Source of the DNA: Deltaproteobacteria bacterium | GTDB taxonomy: Bacteria > Desulfobacterota > Desulfobaccia > Desulfobaccales > 0-14-0-80-60-11 | NCBI GenBank assembly: GCA_026388765.1 | Contig: JAPLJC010000033.1 | Coordinates: 2,408 to 66,407, forward strand | Length of the DNA stretch: 64,000 bases | Direction: 5' to 3' | In this document: piece after piece, positions 31,248 through 41,672 of the stretch | How positions within the stretch are numbered: position 1 is the stretch's first letter | Layout: each line of letters begins with the position of its first letter | Translations under genes and position numbers: made by a program | The notes under the pieces: model-generated | What the model saw: the letters and a program-made list of their open reading frames with translations, nothing else | What the model was told of the DNA's origin: nothing | Database searches by the model: none

Positions 31248-33602
31248 TTAGTTGGCCAACGCCCTGCCCTTTAACCGGCTTTCGGCCATCACTACCTGGT
31301 CGCGGCCTGCCTCTTTGGCCTGATACAGCGCAGTATCCGCCGCCTGGATAACCTCCTTGCCAGAGGAACCGTGATCCGGAAAGACGGCCACCCCGGCGGA
31401 AATCGTGATGGCTTTTAGTGACGAACTCTGTAAATAGAGCCGCTTGACCCCCTCATTCAGCGCCTTGGCTCGGTCCAGGGCGACATCCATGGGAGCCCCG
31501 GGCATAATGAGCAGAAATTCCTCTCCCCCAAAGCGGCAGGCAATATCTTCCCGGCGAACCGTTTCCTGGATCATTTGGCTCAAGGCGCACAAGAGCTCAT
31601 CTCCCGCATTATGGCCATAGGTGTCGTTGTATTCCTTGAAATGGTCCAGGTCCAGCATGATTACCCCCAGGGGGCTCCCCGAGCGCTTGCCTCGGCTCAA
31701 TTCACGTTCCAGGGTCTCCTCCAGATAGCGGCGATTAAAGAGACCCGTGAGGCCATCCCGGATGGCCTGGTTGCGCAAAGTCTCACGGAGTTTCAGGTTG
31801 GCCAGGGCCATGGCCATCGCCTCAGCCACGGTGCCGGCAAACTGGCCGGTGGCTTTAATCTGATCCGCTGACTCCGGAGTGGCTCGGCGCAAATGAAAAA
31901 TACCCATAACCTCGCCCTGGGCCATCAAGGGTACACAGAGATAGCTGCCGGGGACATCGGCGCCGATATGACGGCAGTTCATGCTGGTGGCCGAATCATG
32001 AACCAGATACGCCCGGCTTCGCCTTAAGGACCAACACTCATCGTGGTCGAACACCATCTCCAGAGATGAGGTATCGCCCCAAATGGAGGTCATCTCGAAG
32101 AGATTCTTGGAGTTATTGAGGATATAGAGCGCCCCGCTATAGTCCGGGAAAAATTGGGGCACAAAGTTGGCGATGGCGCTATAGGTTTCTCCGGAGGATT
32201 GACAGGCCTGGAAGACATCGCTCATTTTCTGGAGCAGGGTCATTTGGCGGTTGCGCCGGTCTGATTCGCTCACCAGCATCTGGAGTTGTTCATTGGCCGC
32301 CTGCAATTTCTTCAGGTTTTCTTTTTGCTCAGTTAAATCTCTCGCGATCGTGACGCTACCCATATTTTTGTTGTTTTCGTCACGCAACACCTTAACGGAA
32401 AGACTGCATGGAAAAGTGCTGCCATTTTTCTTCTTCATTTCAATTTCGTAATGCTTTACACAACCATCCTGGCGCAATTGTATTAACATGTTAGCCAGTG
32501 CATCTTTATTCGCATAAAGGTCAAACGCGGGTTTCCCCTGCATCTCACCAAAACTATAGCCATAGATTTCTTCGCATGACTTGTTCCATCTGTTAACAAT
32601 TCCATGCCGGTCGACGATGCCGATAGCTTCGGTGGAGTTATCGAAGATGTTCTGCATATACTGGTTGGCCTGTTTGAGCTCCGCTTCCGCCTTCTTAAGC
32701 CAGGTGATGTCCCGGAAAGTGGCCACCACCCCAACTATCTGGCCATCTTCCTTGATCGGGCGAGTCAAATAGGCCACCGGCAGGGGATCACCCTTCTTGG
32801 TCCAGAAGACCTCGTCAATGATAAAACGTTCCTGGCCGTCTTTGAGGGTGGCTCGAAGAAGGCACTCATCTTGGGGATAAGGGGTGCCATCGGCCCTCTT
32901 GTGATGGATCAACTCATGTAAGTTTTGGCCCATAATATCCCGGGCCTGGTAGCCGAGCATTTTGAGGACGGCAGGATTGACGAAAACGACTTCGCCCGCC
33001 TGGTCCAGCTCCAACAAGCCCTCGCCCAAAGAGTTCAAGACCGTCTCGTGATGCTGCTGCATTTTCTTTATGGTTTCTTGAAATTCATGCGCCTCGGTAA
33101 TGTCGGAATAGATCCCGGTAACATATTCCACGGTGCCGTTAGCATCGCAGATTATCTGTCCTCTCTCCCGAATCCAAAGAAGCTCCCCTGATTTTATTTT
33201 TATACGATACTCCCGGACATAGGATTTATTGGTCTTTAAGGCCTGCCGGAATATCTCTTTGGCTTTTTCCAAATCCTCGGGCACAATAAGCTCGTTCCAT
33301 TTCATCCGCCGGGAGTTAAAATCCTCGATGGAATAACCGGTGGACTTCTCGAACTTCTCGTCAAATAAGTCGACACTCCAATCAGGGTAGCCCTTAAAGA
33401 CCACGGAGGGGATGGTTTTCACCAAGAGGCGGAAGTTATTCTCACTTTCCCGGAGGGACGCCACCGTTTTATTGAACCGCCGGGTAGTCCTTAGCAGGTA
33501 GAAGGATCCCAACAGGATGAAGGCGGATCCGAAAATGACGAAAATAAAATACATCTGTTGAATAAAGAGTATGCCCACCTGATTAAGGACTTTCATCGTC
33601 AT
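31248..33602 (-). CDS. Membrane-anchored PAS/PAC (x3)-GAF-GGDEF diguanylate cyclase
   Basis: N-terminal TM. Repeated PAS-like segments. The C-terminus reads GLTGLFNRRYL...DLDHFKEYNDTYGHNAGDELL...RFGGEEFLLIMPG. Confidence 0.9.
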   Translation of the reverse strand: MTMKVLNQVGILFIQQMYFIFVIFGSAFILLGSFYLLRTTRRFNKTVASLRESENNFRLLVKTIPSVVFKGYPDWSVDLFDEKFEKSTGYSIEDFNSRRMKWNELIVPEDLEKAKEIFRQALKTNKSYVREYRIKIKSGELLWIRERGQIICDANGTVEYVTGIYSDITEAHEFQETIKKMQQHHETVLNSLGEGLLELDQAGEVVFVNPAVLKMLGYQARDIMGQNLHELIHHKRADGTPYPQDECLLRATLKDGQERFIIDEVFWTKKGDPLPVAYLTRPIKEDGQIVGVVATFRDITWLKKAEAELKQANQYMQNIFDNSTEAIGIVDRHGIVNRWNKSCEEIYGYSFGEMQGKPAFDLYANKDALANMLIQLRQDGCVKHYEIEMKKKNGSTFPCSLSVKVLRDENNKNMGSVTIARDLTEQKENLKKLQAANEQLQMLVSESDRRNRQMTLLQKMSDVFQACQSSGETYSAIANFVPQFFPDYSGALYILNNSKNLFEMTSIWGDTSSLEMVFDHDECWSLRRSRAYLVHDSATSMNCRHIGADVPGSYLCVPLMAQGEVMGIFHLRRATPESADQIKATGQFAGTVAEAMAMALANLKLRETLRNQAIRDGLTGLFNRRYLEETLERELSRGKRSGSPLGVIMLDLDHFKEYNDTYGHNAGDELLCALSQMIQETVRREDIACRFGGEEFLLIMPGAPMDVALDRAKALNEGVKRLYLQSSSLKAITISAGVAVFPDHGSSGKEVIQAADTALYQAKEAGRDQVVMAESRLKGRALAN

Positions 33603-34130
33603 TTCTCCTACCGTTCTGACCTACGCCGGTGTTGTCGATAAGTGACTAGAAATCACCAAGCCATTTAGAGATCCGCTGATCATCGCCGGCTTATCCCCTC
33701 CCCCCAAAAAAAACCTAGAGCTCCGTTAATTAATCGGGCTCTAGGTAAAAACAGGTTTGCCATATTCAATTCGGCAATCCCGCTACCATAACCCGAAGGC
33801 TTTAGGCCGGAGACTTTGCGTCCTACCCTTTCGGGCAGTTTGCCTTTTCGATGATCTGGTTTGCATCTTTGCCTATTTAACTACCTCCGTAAATAGGGGA
33901 TTCCCTGATTCTGGTGGGGTAAATTCCCTAAAAATTAGATAAGTTCCAGCCAAAAGTTTGCTGACCACAGGAATAAAGGGGGAATAGTCGAGGCGAATTG
34001 CCGACGGCTGGCGTCGCAGCAATTCGCCCCGGCTTTCTCTTAAAGGTAAGGAAAAGGGAAGGGCAAAGGTTAAAACAAATCTAGATCTATCTCCTTATCC
34101 GGCTCCTTATCCGGGAAAAATTTTAAAGCA

Positions 34131-34934
34131 TTAGCGTTCGGCCCGCATCTTCTCTCCCCGGATGATGATGCCCGAGGGATCGATGTGTTCTCGGAGGAGG
34201 CGCAGCTCAGCATCCTCCGGAGGCTCGAGTTCCAGGAGTTTCTCCGCCATGAGGGGCGTGAAGCCCATGCCCTGGATGACCTCCTTCGGATCGAGGCCCT
34301 TGAGGACCCCGAGGAGCCTCATTTTTTTCGTCTTCTCATCGAAGCCGAAGAGCGCCTTGGAGGTCACCACCCGCCAGGGCCCGGTGTCTTTGGGTAGCCC
34401 GGCCCGCTCCCTGGCCCCCGGCCCATCGAGATAGCCGGGGGAGGTGAGAAAATCCACCTTCTCAACGAAGCGCCGGGCCTCGTGCTTCAGGACGACGATG
34501 GTCTTCCAGACAAAGGAGGCGGCTTCGTTGCCGCCGCCGCTGCCCGGGAAGCGCCGCCCCGGCTGCTCGTAGGTCCCGCCCAGGAAGGTGGAGTTGAGGT
34601 TGCCGTACTGGTCCACCTGGGCCGCCCCGAGCATACCGTAATCGATATAGCCGGTGGCCGCATAGGAGAAGGCCCAGTTCATATTGATCCACTGGAGAGA
34701 CCGGTAAATGTTGCTGGGACCGCCCATGGTGCCCCGGATGAAGGGGGTGAGGGACTGGGGCCCCACAGCCCCGAACTCGAAGAGCTGAACCAGGTGGGGG
34801 GTGTAAAGCCTCTCAGCCAGGATGGCCACCACCTGGGGCATGCCCCAGCCGACGAAGACGGTCTTCCGGTCCTCCAGGAGCCTCGCCGCCGAGCAGATCA
34901 TGAATTCCGTATCGGTAAATTCCACTACCGCCAT
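34131..34934 (-). CDS. CoA-transferase subunit B (glutaconate CoA-transferase GctB-like, family I)
   Basis: 267 aa, paired with the subunit A gene upstream. ...GAAQVDQYGNLNSTFLGG... is typical of beta subunits. Confidence 0.75.
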   Translation of the reverse strand: MAVVEFTDTEFMICSAARLLEDRKTVFVGWGMPQVVAILAERLYTPHLVQLFEFGAVGPQSLTPFIRGTMGGPSNIYRSLQWINMNWAFSYAATGYIDYGMLGAAQVDQYGNLNSTFLGGTYEQPGRRFPGSGGGNEAASFVWKTIVVLKHEARRFVEKVDFLTSPGYLDGPGARERAGLPKDTGPWRVVTSKALFGFDEKTKKMRLLGVLKGLDPKEVIQGMGFTPLMAEKLLELEPPEDAELRLLREHIDPSGIIIRGEKMRAER

Positions 34935-34956
34935 CTTCTTACCCCTTCCGTGGCTC

Positions 34957-35913
34957 TCATTGATAGCCTTCTTTAATGGAGGCCTTTTGCATCAATTCCT
35001 TGAGCTTCGGCCAGCCCACGTGTTTCTCCAGAAATTCCAGGTGATCCTTAACGCCGTAAATGTAGCGCTCCAGGTGGTCCTGCATCTGCGCCTCCGTCTG
35101 GATGGCGTTTAAGCGGTCCACATGTTCCAGATCTATTTCGTAGCGGCCCGGCATGGCGCCGGGGTAAGCCCCGAAGGGCAGGTGGACCACGGCATCCACC
35201 AGAAAGAAGGGGATCGTGGTCCGGCCCGGATCTTTGCGAAACTCCATGGGCTCAATGATCTCCTCAGCGGAAATGATCACCCGTTTCGAGGCCATGGCCG
35301 CCTCCAGGGCGAAGAGGTTCGTCCCGAAGATGCGGGCGTTGCCGTAGACGTCGGCCTGGTGCACATGAATCATGAAGACATCTGGGTTGAGCGCCGGGAC
35401 CAGACAGATTGGATCATTGGTGAAGGGGTCGTTGATCACCTTGGCCCCGGAGTGTGGCAAGCCGTCGGTCCCCAGGAAGTTGCGCACCGGGAGGAAGGGG
35501 ACGCCCCGGGCTCCGGCCAGAATCCTGCTGGCCAGCACCCCGTTGGTATTATCGAAGACCTGCACCTTGCCATCGCAGACGGCGCGGCCGATGTAGCTGC
35601 CGTAGCCCAGAAAACCCACATCGATGCGGGTGCAGCAGCCTCCTCCCACCAGCAGGGGAGAGTCGTGCAGCGTGAACTCGGCGCAGATCCAGAGGTTCCG
35701 TTTCCGCTGCCGGATGATCTCCCGAATCAGGGCCTGGGGGCCCCGGGTCAGGGATGAAAAATCGTAGGCGAGATAGGCCCCGTCCTGGACGAAGCGGGAG
35801 ACGGCCTCCTGCTCCGTCATGACTTTATCCACTGCGTCCCTGGATTTGTTCTCTTTTACCCAGCGGCGGAAATCGTCCGGATGGGTAAAGTGCACCTCCA
35901 CCTGTCCTTGCAA
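34957..35913 (-). CDS. CoA-transferase subunit A (GctA-like, family I)
   Basis: 318 aa with the layout of a family I alpha subunit. Adjacent to subunit B. Confidence 0.75.
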   Translation of the reverse strand: MQGQVEVHFTHPDDFRRWVKENKSRDAVDKVMTEQEAVSRFVQDGAYLAYDFSSLTRGPQALIREIIRQRKRNLWICAEFTLHDSPLLVGGGCCTRIDVGFLGYGSYIGRAVCDGKVQVFDNTNGVLASRILAGARGVPFLPVRNFLGTDGLPHSGAKVINDPFTNDPICLVPALNPDVFMIHVHQADVYGNARIFGTNLFALEAAMASKRVIISAEEIIEPMEFRKDPGRTTIPFFLVDAVVHLPFGAYPGAMPGRYEIDLEHVDRLNAIQTEAQMQDHLERYIYGVKDHLEFLEKHVGWPKLKELMQKASIKEGYQ

Positions 35914-36006
35914 ATTAGCCTCCTTTGAACTTGTTTAAACCACACTTTGCCGTGAAAATTCTTTGTAGGGGCGGCTCGCGAGCCGCCCCTACTGCCTCTC
36001 GTCTCC

Positions 36007-37431
36007 TTAAAAACCGCTGGGCGGCAGATAGGGCAGAGTCTTTGCCAAGAGCCAGCACAGGAACAGCACCACCGGGATGTGGAACAGCAGCTGGAGGATG
36101 GAGTAACCGGCCAGGTCCCGGGCCCGACAATTGAGGATGCCCATCAGGGGCAGCATCCAAAAAGGATTGACCAGATTCGGCAGGGCCTCGGCGGCGTTGT
36201 AAATCTGCACCACCCAACCCAGGTGGACGTGCAAAGTATTGGCCGCGGCCATGACGTAAGGGGCCTCCACCACCCACTTGCCGCCCCCGGAGGGAACAAA
36301 GAGGCCGAGAACGGCGGAATAGATGCCCACCAGGATGGGGTAGGTCCCGTGCGAGGTGAGCCGCACGAAGAGATCGGCCAGGAACGGGTTGATGGCAGTC
36401 TTGGCGATGAGGCCGAAGATACCGGCATAAAAGGGAAACTGGATGAGCACGCCGGCGGTGGCCGGCACGGATTTGCCCACGGCCTTCAGAAAGGCCCCGG
36501 GGCGCCAGTGCAGCAAGAGACCTGCGGTCAGAAAGATGAAATTAAAGGTGTTGAGGTCCGTAGCCGCCAGCGCCCCTTTCTGCACAAACAGGAAAATTAT
36601 GTAGGCAATCATCAGGATGGCGATAACCACCGAGAGCACCGGGCTCGATTCGAGCCGGTCGGCCGGGGTCTTGGGCGCCTCGGCGGTCACTTCCAACGGC
36701 TCGAAGGTGATCCCCATATCTTCGGCGGTTTTGGCCTTTTCGGGGCTGGGGCAGGAGAAATAGGCCACAGCCACTGAGACGCCAATGAGAATGGCGGCCA
36801 GCACCAGGCTCTGCCACAGGAAGATGGTTTGGGTCAGGGGGATGACCCCGGTGATGGGCAAGAGGGCCGGGGGAATGGAACCTTTGGTGTTCTGCAGTAA
36901 GGCGGCCGAGGACGACAACCCCAGGGCCCAGACGGCCCCCAGGCCAAGATAGGCGGCGGCGCCGATGGCCCGGTAGTCGATGCGCGGCACCCGCCGGACT
37001 ACTTCCCGGACCAGCAGGCCGGTGAAGATCAGGGATAGGCCCCAGGAAATCAGCGAGGTGAGCATGGCCAGGAGGGCGACGAAGGCCACGGCCCCCCGGG
37101 GCGTCTTGGGCACCCCGGCCAGCCAGGCGATCAGCCGGGCGATGGGAGGCGAGCTGGCCACCACGAAGCCGCCGATGATGATCAGGGCCATTTGCATGGT
37201 GAAGGGAATCAGGACCCAGAAACCCTCACCGAAGACCTGCACCAGCTTGAGGGGCTTTTCCCCCAGGGCCAGGCCACCGAGAAAGACGATAATGACCGCG
37301 CAGAGCGCAAACACGAAGGCGTCAGGAAAATACCGTTCGCAGAAATCAGCCAGGGCTTCGCCCACCCGGGCGAGGGGGGCGGACTCTTGTCCGGCTGGAC
37401 CTTGTTCTTTCACGTCAACTTCGACTCCCAT
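36007..37431 (-). CDS. atoE: Short-chain fatty acid transporter (AtoE family)
   Basis: 474-aa polytopic membrane protein. The N-terminus ...FCERYFPDAFVFALCAVIIVFLGG... is typical of the AtoE family. Confidence 0.75.
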   Translation of the reverse strand: MGVEVDVKEQGPAGQESAPLARVGEALADFCERYFPDAFVFALCAVIIVFLGGLALGEKPLKLVQVFGEGFWVLIPFTMQMALIIIGGFVVASSPPIARLIAWLAGVPKTPRGAVAFVALLAMLTSLISWGLSLIFTGLLVREVVRRVPRIDYRAIGAAAYLGLGAVWALGLSSSAALLQNTKGSIPPALLPITGVIPLTQTIFLWQSLVLAAILIGVSVAVAYFSCPSPEKAKTAEDMGITFEPLEVTAEAPKTPADRLESSPVLSVVIAILMIAYIIFLFVQKGALAATDLNTFNFIFLTAGLLLHWRPGAFLKAVGKSVPATAGVLIQFPFYAGIFGLIAKTAINPFLADLFVRLTSHGTYPILVGIYSAVLGLFVPSGGGKWVVEAPYVMAAANTLHVHLGWVVQIYNAAEALPNLVNPFWMLPLMGILNCRARDLAGYSILQLLFHIPVVLFLCWLLAKTLPYLPPSGF

Positions 37432-37570
37432 ACGCCACCTCCAAGGTTCCTTCTCGCAAAGAAGGTGTTTCGGTTAGAAGGTCGAAGCTCAGGGCAGGGC
37501 TGGTCTCAGAAGAAAACCAGGGGCCAGGCGCGAGCCAGGGGCTCCATCCTTGCCTGTCAATGCCATATAG

Positions 37571-37658
37571 GAAAAATAGGGACACTTCCTATTTTTCCTA
37601 GTTATTTCCCGTCATATTAAGGTTTTGCTTTGAAAAATAGGAAGTGTCCCTATTTTTC
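37571..37658. repeat. 88-bp element with 27-bp terminal inverted repeats (GAAAAATAGGGACACTTCCTATTTTTC ... GAAAAATAGGAAGTGTCCCTATTTTTC), copy 1
   Basis: Arms at 37571-37597 and 37632-37658. A second copy lies at 62001-62085 with a related spacer. Confidence 0.85.
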
Positions 37659-37661
37659 AGG

Positions 37662-39014
37662 TCAAATAACCCCGGCCTGCTTGAGCTCCTTTAACTTCCC
37701 GGGTCCCACGCCGAGATAACGGTGATAGATGAACTCGTTGTCCGCGCCGATGGGGCGGCAGACCCACTTGATCCGGCCGGGCGTCCGCGTCATGGCCTTG
37801 AAGGCGGAATTCTGGATCAGGAGGTCGCCGTAAGTCGGGTCGTTCCATTTGAGGAAGGTGCGCCGTTCCTGCCAGTGTTCCCTGGTCAGCACGTCCTTGG
37901 GACTTTCGAGCCGGCCCGACACCACCGTGCCCTTCTTGTCATCCCGTTTGCTGTACAGGTAGATCATGTCCTGGATTTCGTCGGCGGTGTAGTTCTCGGT
38001 GAATTTTTCAATTTGATGCTGAATCGTCGGCTGGTTCTTCGGGGTGAGGCGCTCCTTCATGGTGGGGAACTGCTCCCGCAGATCAGGCCGGTTGATGATT
38101 TCGCACAGGGCCGTCCAGTTGGGGTCGGTGAAACCGGAAATGAAGGTGTAGCCGTCCTTGCACTTGACGTAGGTGTACGGGAAGACGGCGTAGTCATAAT
38201 TGCCGGCCCGGGGCATGGTTTCCCCGGACATATGGAAATATTGCAGGCTGTAATTGGCGATGGACAGCAAGCCTTCCGGTGGGGCGCAGTCGATAAACTG
38301 CCCCTTACCGGTCTTCTTCTTATGGAAGGCGGCCATCAAAATGCCCAGGGCCGCCCAGGAGCCGCCAGCATACCAGCCCATCCAGTTGCCGTGCTTCATG
38401 GGCCGCTTGTAGGTCTGGTCAATTTCCGGGTCCAGGTCCGGCTCGCCGGTGATGGACATGATGACCCCCCGGGCCTGATCGACGATGTCATAATCCGGCT
38501 GGTTGGCATGCTTCTCGGCGTCCACGCCGTAGTGGCCGTAGCTGCTGATGCCGCAGTAGATCAGGCCGGGGTTGGCCTCGCTCAGTTGCCGGTAGCCGAG
38601 GCCCAGGCCGTCCAGGTAACCCGGCTTGAAGGTCTCGATGACCACCGCGGCCTTGCCGGCCAATCGGGCAAACATCTTCTGGCCCTCTTCCTTGGTCAGG
38701 TCCAGGGTGACGTGGAACTTATTCCTGGCCTCAACGATGTAGGCCAGGCCGGAATCCCCGATCATCATGCCGTAAGGCGACATCTTCCGGGCCGTGTCGC
38801 CTCCGGGGGGTTCGATGCGGATCACCTCGGCGCCCATTTCCGCCAGGATCGAAGAGGTCACGAGTCCGGCAAAGTTGCCATAACTGGCATCGATCACCAC
38901 CAGGTCATCCAGAGCTTCCGGCTTTTTGTAGGCATCCGGGGGATAGGTCTCCCTATAGGCCCACCTGGCAAATTCCTGGTTGATCGCCATACCGACAATT
39001 TTTTTGTCATCCAT
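37662..39014 (-). CDS. Family III CoA-transferase (CaiB/BaiF family), paralogue 1
   Basis: 450 aa. [36 protein letters not shown] is the family III N-terminal pattern. Confidence 0.8.
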   Translation of the reverse strand: MDDKKIVGMAINQEFARWAYRETYPPDAYKKPEALDDLVVIDASYGNFAGLVTSSILAEMGAEVIRIEPPGGDTARKMSPYGMMIGDSGLAYIVEARNKFHVTLDLTKEEGQKMFARLAGKAAVVIETFKPGYLDGLGLGYRQLSEANPGLIYCGISSYGHYGVDAEKHANQPDYDIVDQARGVIMSITGEPDLDPEIDQTYKRPMKHGNWMGWYAGGSWAALGILMAAFHKKKTGKGQFIDCAPPEGLLSIANYSLQYFHMSGETMPRAGNYDYAVFPYTYVKCKDGYTFISGFTDPNWTALCEIINRPDLREQFPTMKERLTPKNQPTIQHQIEKFTENYTADEIQDMIYLYSKRDDKKGTVVSGRLESPKDVLTREHWQERRTFLKWNDPTYGDLLIQNSAFKAMTRTPGRIKWVCRPIGADNEFIYHRYLGVGPGKLKELKQAGVI

Positions 39015-39050
39015 GCTGTTTCCTCCCAGAAAGTTTACGGAAGCCTAAGG

Positions 39051-40379
39051 TTACGGCAACTTTATGCCACTTTTGCCATCCCAGTCCGGCGGCGCATTTT
39101 GCGAGGGGACGGCTGGATTCGCGCCAAAGATGACCTTCTCGAATTCCAGCCGCTTGATTTCCTCCAGGGGCAGGCCGAGGATCTTTTGGAAGACGTAGCG
39201 GTTATCGAAGCCCACCGGGCGGCTGCTCCATTTCACCTTGCTGGGGGTTTCGCTCATTCTCGGCGGATAACATTCCTGCCGCATCTTGCCATAAAGATGG
39301 TCGTCGTACTCTTGGATGGCGCCTCTTTGCAGGAAGTTCGGGTCGTTGTAAGCATCCTTGGCGTTCAGCACCCGGGAGGCGGCGAAGCCGTATTTGTCGC
39401 CCTGCTCCACGACCTCGGCCACGCTTTTGGTCTTGGTCCACTTGGCCACGATGTCGAGCACGGGCTTCGCTTCTTTCAAGCGTGCGGTGGGATCGGCAAA
39501 CTTGTCATAGATCGCCATCTGGCCCATGGCGTCGCACAGCCCCTTGAACTCGGGCTTGCTGAAGGCCGCCAGGGCCACCCAGCCGTCCTTGCATTCGAAC
39601 AGGTCGGAGGGACAGATGGCCAGGTCCCGATTGCCGGAGCGCTTCCGGTCCTCGTTGGTCTTGTAAGTGTAAAGCCAAGTCCAGTCGAGCCAACGGATGA
39701 CGTTTTCCACCTGCATGTAGTCGATGAACTGGCCTTCTCCGGACCGCTCCCGGTAGTTCAGGGCCGCCATGATGGCCACCGAACAACTCAGCCCGGTGAT
39801 CCAGTCGGCGATCCAGACGCCGGATTTGATGGGTCCCCGGTCTTCGAAACCGGTGATGGGCGACAGGGCGCCCATGCTTTGGGCCACGGCGTCATAGGAA
39901 GTCCGGCCCGTCCAGGGCCCCCAGCTGCCATAGCCGGAAACGTGGAGTTGAATAATGCCAGGGTTGATTTGTTTTAGTTCTTTATAGCTCAGGCCCCACT
40001 CGGCCATGCGGCCGGGGGTGAGGTTGTCCGCCACCACGTCGGACTTTTTCACCAGTTCCTGAAAAAGTTCCTTGCCCTGGGGGTGGCCGAGGTGCATGCC
40101 GACCCAGTACTTGTTATGGTTTTCTATTTCCAGGCCGGGGGACATATTCTTCCAGAAGTAGGCATAAGGGGTCACGAAGCGCATCTGATCCCCTTTCTGC
40201 CCTTCGAACTTGATCACCTCGGCGCCGAATTCCCCCAGGTAATCGCAGGCCGCCGGCCCGAGCACAACGTAGCAGACCTCCAAGATCCGGACGCCTGCCA
40301 GCGGTTCGGGCTTGTCAAAAAGTTGGCCGATATCGAACTTGCTTTTCAAAAAATCCTGATATGCTTTGCCTTTGCTCAT
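39051..40379 (-). CDS. Family III CoA-transferase (CaiB/BaiF family), paralogue 2
   Basis: 442 aa. [35 protein letters not shown]. Confidence 0.8.
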   Translation of the reverse strand: MSKGKAYQDFLKSKFDIGQLFDKPEPLAGVRILEVCYVVLGPAACDYLGEFGAEVIKFEGQKGDQMRFVTPYAYFWKNMSPGLEIENHNKYWVGMHLGHPQGKELFQELVKKSDVVADNLTPGRMAEWGLSYKELKQINPGIIQLHVSGYGSWGPWTGRTSYDAVAQSMGALSPITGFEDRGPIKSGVWIADWITGLSCSVAIMAALNYRERSGEGQFIDYMQVENVIRWLDWTWLYTYKTNEDRKRSGNRDLAICPSDLFECKDGWVALAAFSKPEFKGLCDAMGQMAIYDKFADPTARLKEAKPVLDIVAKWTKTKSVAEVVEQGDKYGFAASRVLNAKDAYNDPNFLQRGAIQEYDDHLYGKMRQECYPPRMSETPSKVKWSSRPVGFDNRYVFQKILGLPLEEIKRLEFEKVIFGANPAVPSQNAPPDWDGKSGIKLP

Positions 40380-40558
40380 CCCAGTAGCTCCTTGCCTAGC
40401 GGATTATTAGATGGTTATCTGGCCGCTGAATTCTGCCACTGCCTTAAAGAGCCAATTGCCTTGCCGGGTTTCCTCCTTTCGACTGGATTCGCTAAAAGAC
40501 CATCAATAAATCAAAACCTCCTTTGGCCCCGGGTGGGCCATGCTTGCTTTGGCCCGGG

Positions 40559-41578
40559 CTAACGACGCCCGGTCAGAGTCTTGGGGATTCTGCCGCTGTG
40601 GGCGCATTCCGACCGCAGCCGCCGGCCGACGATACGCTCCACCATGCGGCCGAGGGTGAGCACCTTATCCACCTCCACCCCGACGTCGATCCCCATTTCA
40701 TCCAGCATGACGACCAGGTCTTCGGTGGCGACCAAGCCGGTGATGCTCGGGTCCTGATAATAGTATTCGCCGGTGCCGGCTACGGGCACGCCGTCCACAA
40801 AGTTGGCCGGCTGGCCGCCGATGCCGCCCACGGTCGATTCGAAATGCGTGATCCCGGCATTCAAGGCCGCCAGGACATTGGCCAGCCCCCAGCCCCGGGT
40901 CACATGAAAATGGGCCAGGTGTTTCGTGGGGTCCGGAATGGCGTCGAGAATCATGGAGAAATATTCATAGACCTTATTGGGCGGCGCCGAACCATCGTGA
41001 TCGGCGTGTTCGATGTCGTCTGCCCCGATCTCCAGCCAGCGTTGGGTGAATTCCACCGCCTTGGTGAGCTCCGTGGGGCCCTCAAGGGGACAGCCCCAGA
41101 TGGTGCTGACCGTGCCGCAGACCTTCATGCCGGCCTCATGGGCCATCGGGATGTACTGCTCGCACATCTTCCAGTAGTCGGCCAGAGACAGGCCCGAATT
41201 GACCTTATGATGCGACTCGCTGGTGGACACCATAAAGAGGATGCGGTCGGGACCATGGCCCTCCCGGCGGGCCTGGATGGCCCGATCTACGGCCCGCTCC
41301 CGGATGGTGATGGCGGTGAGTTCCACGTCTTTCAAGAGGTGGCCCACCTTTTTGCTGCCCCGGAGCCGCTTCATCAACTCGTCGGCGTCCTTAAATTGCG
41401 GCATCCCCTTGGGGCTGCCGAAATTGGTGACTTCGATACGTTTAAAACCGGCCAGCACCAGTTGCTCCGCTACCCACAGCTTGGCATCGGTGGGGATAAG
41501 CTTCTCTTCGTGCTGAAAGCCGTCCCTTACGGTAATATCGCCCAGGACCACTTTTTTGGGGTATTTCATCAACGCCAT
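40559..41578 (-). CDS. HMG-CoA lyase-like (HMGL-like / DRE-TIM) enzyme
   Basis: VVLGDITVRDGFQHEEK at the N-terminus, HADHDG in the middle and HFHVTRGWGLANVLAAL later on. Confidence 0.6.
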   Translation of the reverse strand: MALMKYPKKVVLGDITVRDGFQHEEKLIPTDAKLWVAEQLVLAGFKRIEVTNFGSPKGMPQFKDADELMKRLRGSKKVGHLLKDVELTAITIRERAVDRAIQARREGHGPDRILFMVSTSESHHKVNSGLSLADYWKMCEQYIPMAHEAGMKVCGTVSTIWGCPLEGPTELTKAVEFTQRWLEIGADDIEHADHDGSAPPNKVYEYFSMILDAIPDPTKHLAHFHVTRGWGLANVLAALNAGITHFESTVGGIGGQPANFVDGVPVAGTGEYYYQDPSITGLVATEDLVVMLDEMGIDVGVEVDKVLTLGRMVERIVGRRLRSECAHSGRIPKTLTGRR

Positions 41579-41600
41579 AGTAAATCCTTATTTCCTTGTC

Positions 41601-41671
41601 TTTTGGTGGCACAGCCTTTCCAGGCTGTGCTGAAGAATCCCGCACAGGCTAGAAAGCCTGTGCCACCAAAA
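41601..41671. repeat. Composite REP-like palindrome built on GGCACAGSC/GSCTGTGCC
   Basis: TTTTGGTGGCACAGCCtttccAGGCTGTGC...GCACAGGCtagaaaGCCTGTGCCACCAAAA. Related hairpins lie at 9347-9365 and at 18148-18194, inside the prophage. Confidence 0.7.
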
Positions 41672-41672
41672 C

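Noticed and set aside
33603-34130. A possible RNA gene (tRNA, RNase P, SRP, tmRNA, 6S or riboswitch) in the 530-bp gap upstream of the diguanylate cyclase.
   Set aside because: I could find no cloverleaf, no T-loop GTTCRA, and none of the conserved cores of the RNAs I checked by eye. Only ordinary hairpins (for example GGCGAATTGC...GCAATTCGCC at about 33993-34027) and a 12-nt direct duplication (CTCCTTATCCGG x2 near 34094-34117) are present.
37550-37565. TGGCAT-TGACA-GGCAA (minus sense) as a sigma-54 promoter for atoE, downstream of the 88-bp element.
   Set aside because: The GG-to-GC spacing is one nucleotide shorter than the strict -24/-12 spacing, and the -12 element is GGCA rather than TTGC.
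37722-39977. A 751-aa plus-strand ORF. Other very long ORFs are of the same kind: 2088-3299, 4898-6514, 9534-11225, 7941-9197, 40523-41785, 56332-57147 and 60980-61927 on the plus strand, and 55216-56115 and 24661-25719 on the minus strand.
   Set aside because: All lie antisense or out of frame to ORFs with clear family motifs. Their translations are Gly/Arg/His/Pro-rich low-complexity strings typical of shadow ORFs in GC-rich DNA.
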